This document shows positions 63,974 to 64,000 of a stretch of 64,000 nt of DNA, one piece after another (position 1 is the first letter of the stretch; each line of letters starts with the position of its first letter). A program made the position numbers and the translations under genes. This DNA comes from Octopus sinensis. Its lineage: Eukaryota. The notes below the pieces were generated by a model. That model worked only from the letters and a program-made list of their open reading frames with translations, was not told where the DNA came from and ran no database searches. Location of the stretch: positions 8,494,001 through 8,558,000 of the forward strand of contig NC_043023.1 of NCBI RefSeq assembly GCF_006345805.1, read 5' to 3'.

Positions 63974-64000
63974 TTATTATTATTTTATTATTATTATTAT
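63665..64000. repeat. (TTA)n array
   Basis: Visible. Confidence 0.95.

Overview
Repeat-rich, AT-rich animal genomic DNA, most likely octopus. This is an inference from KRAB-less single-exon C2H2 zinc-finger arrays with [15 protein letters not shown] fingers, tRNA/CORE-type SINEs, RTE, Dong/R4-like and Penelope-like retroelements, and very dense microsatellites. Host genes: an intact 14-finger C2H2 gene (+, about 22.5-23.7 kb); a convergent, partly decayed paralog (-, about 33.2-35.4 kb) whose array contains a 76-bp frameshifted finger amplified into a 389-bp higher-order repeat; and coding exon 1 of a USH1G/SANS orthologue (+, 39102-39271) that the ORF track misses. Mobile DNA: a near full-length RTE LINE (-, about 51.1-57.7 kb) lacking its YADD motif and carrying reiterated UTRs, several Dong/R4-like RLE LINEs in (AAT)n, two Penelope-like elements, a Gypsy integrase relic present twice, mariner, hAT, pogo and Merlin-like DNA elements, and about 20 SINEs. 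The most notable unannotated signal is a set of type I hammerhead ribozyme motifs: three complete ones (1176-1220, 7162-7252, 25877-25922) and several decayed ones in short non-coding, microsatellite-embedded elements. Most long ORFs in the supplied track are microsatellite artefacts. No database searches or folding programs were run; all motif calls are by eye.
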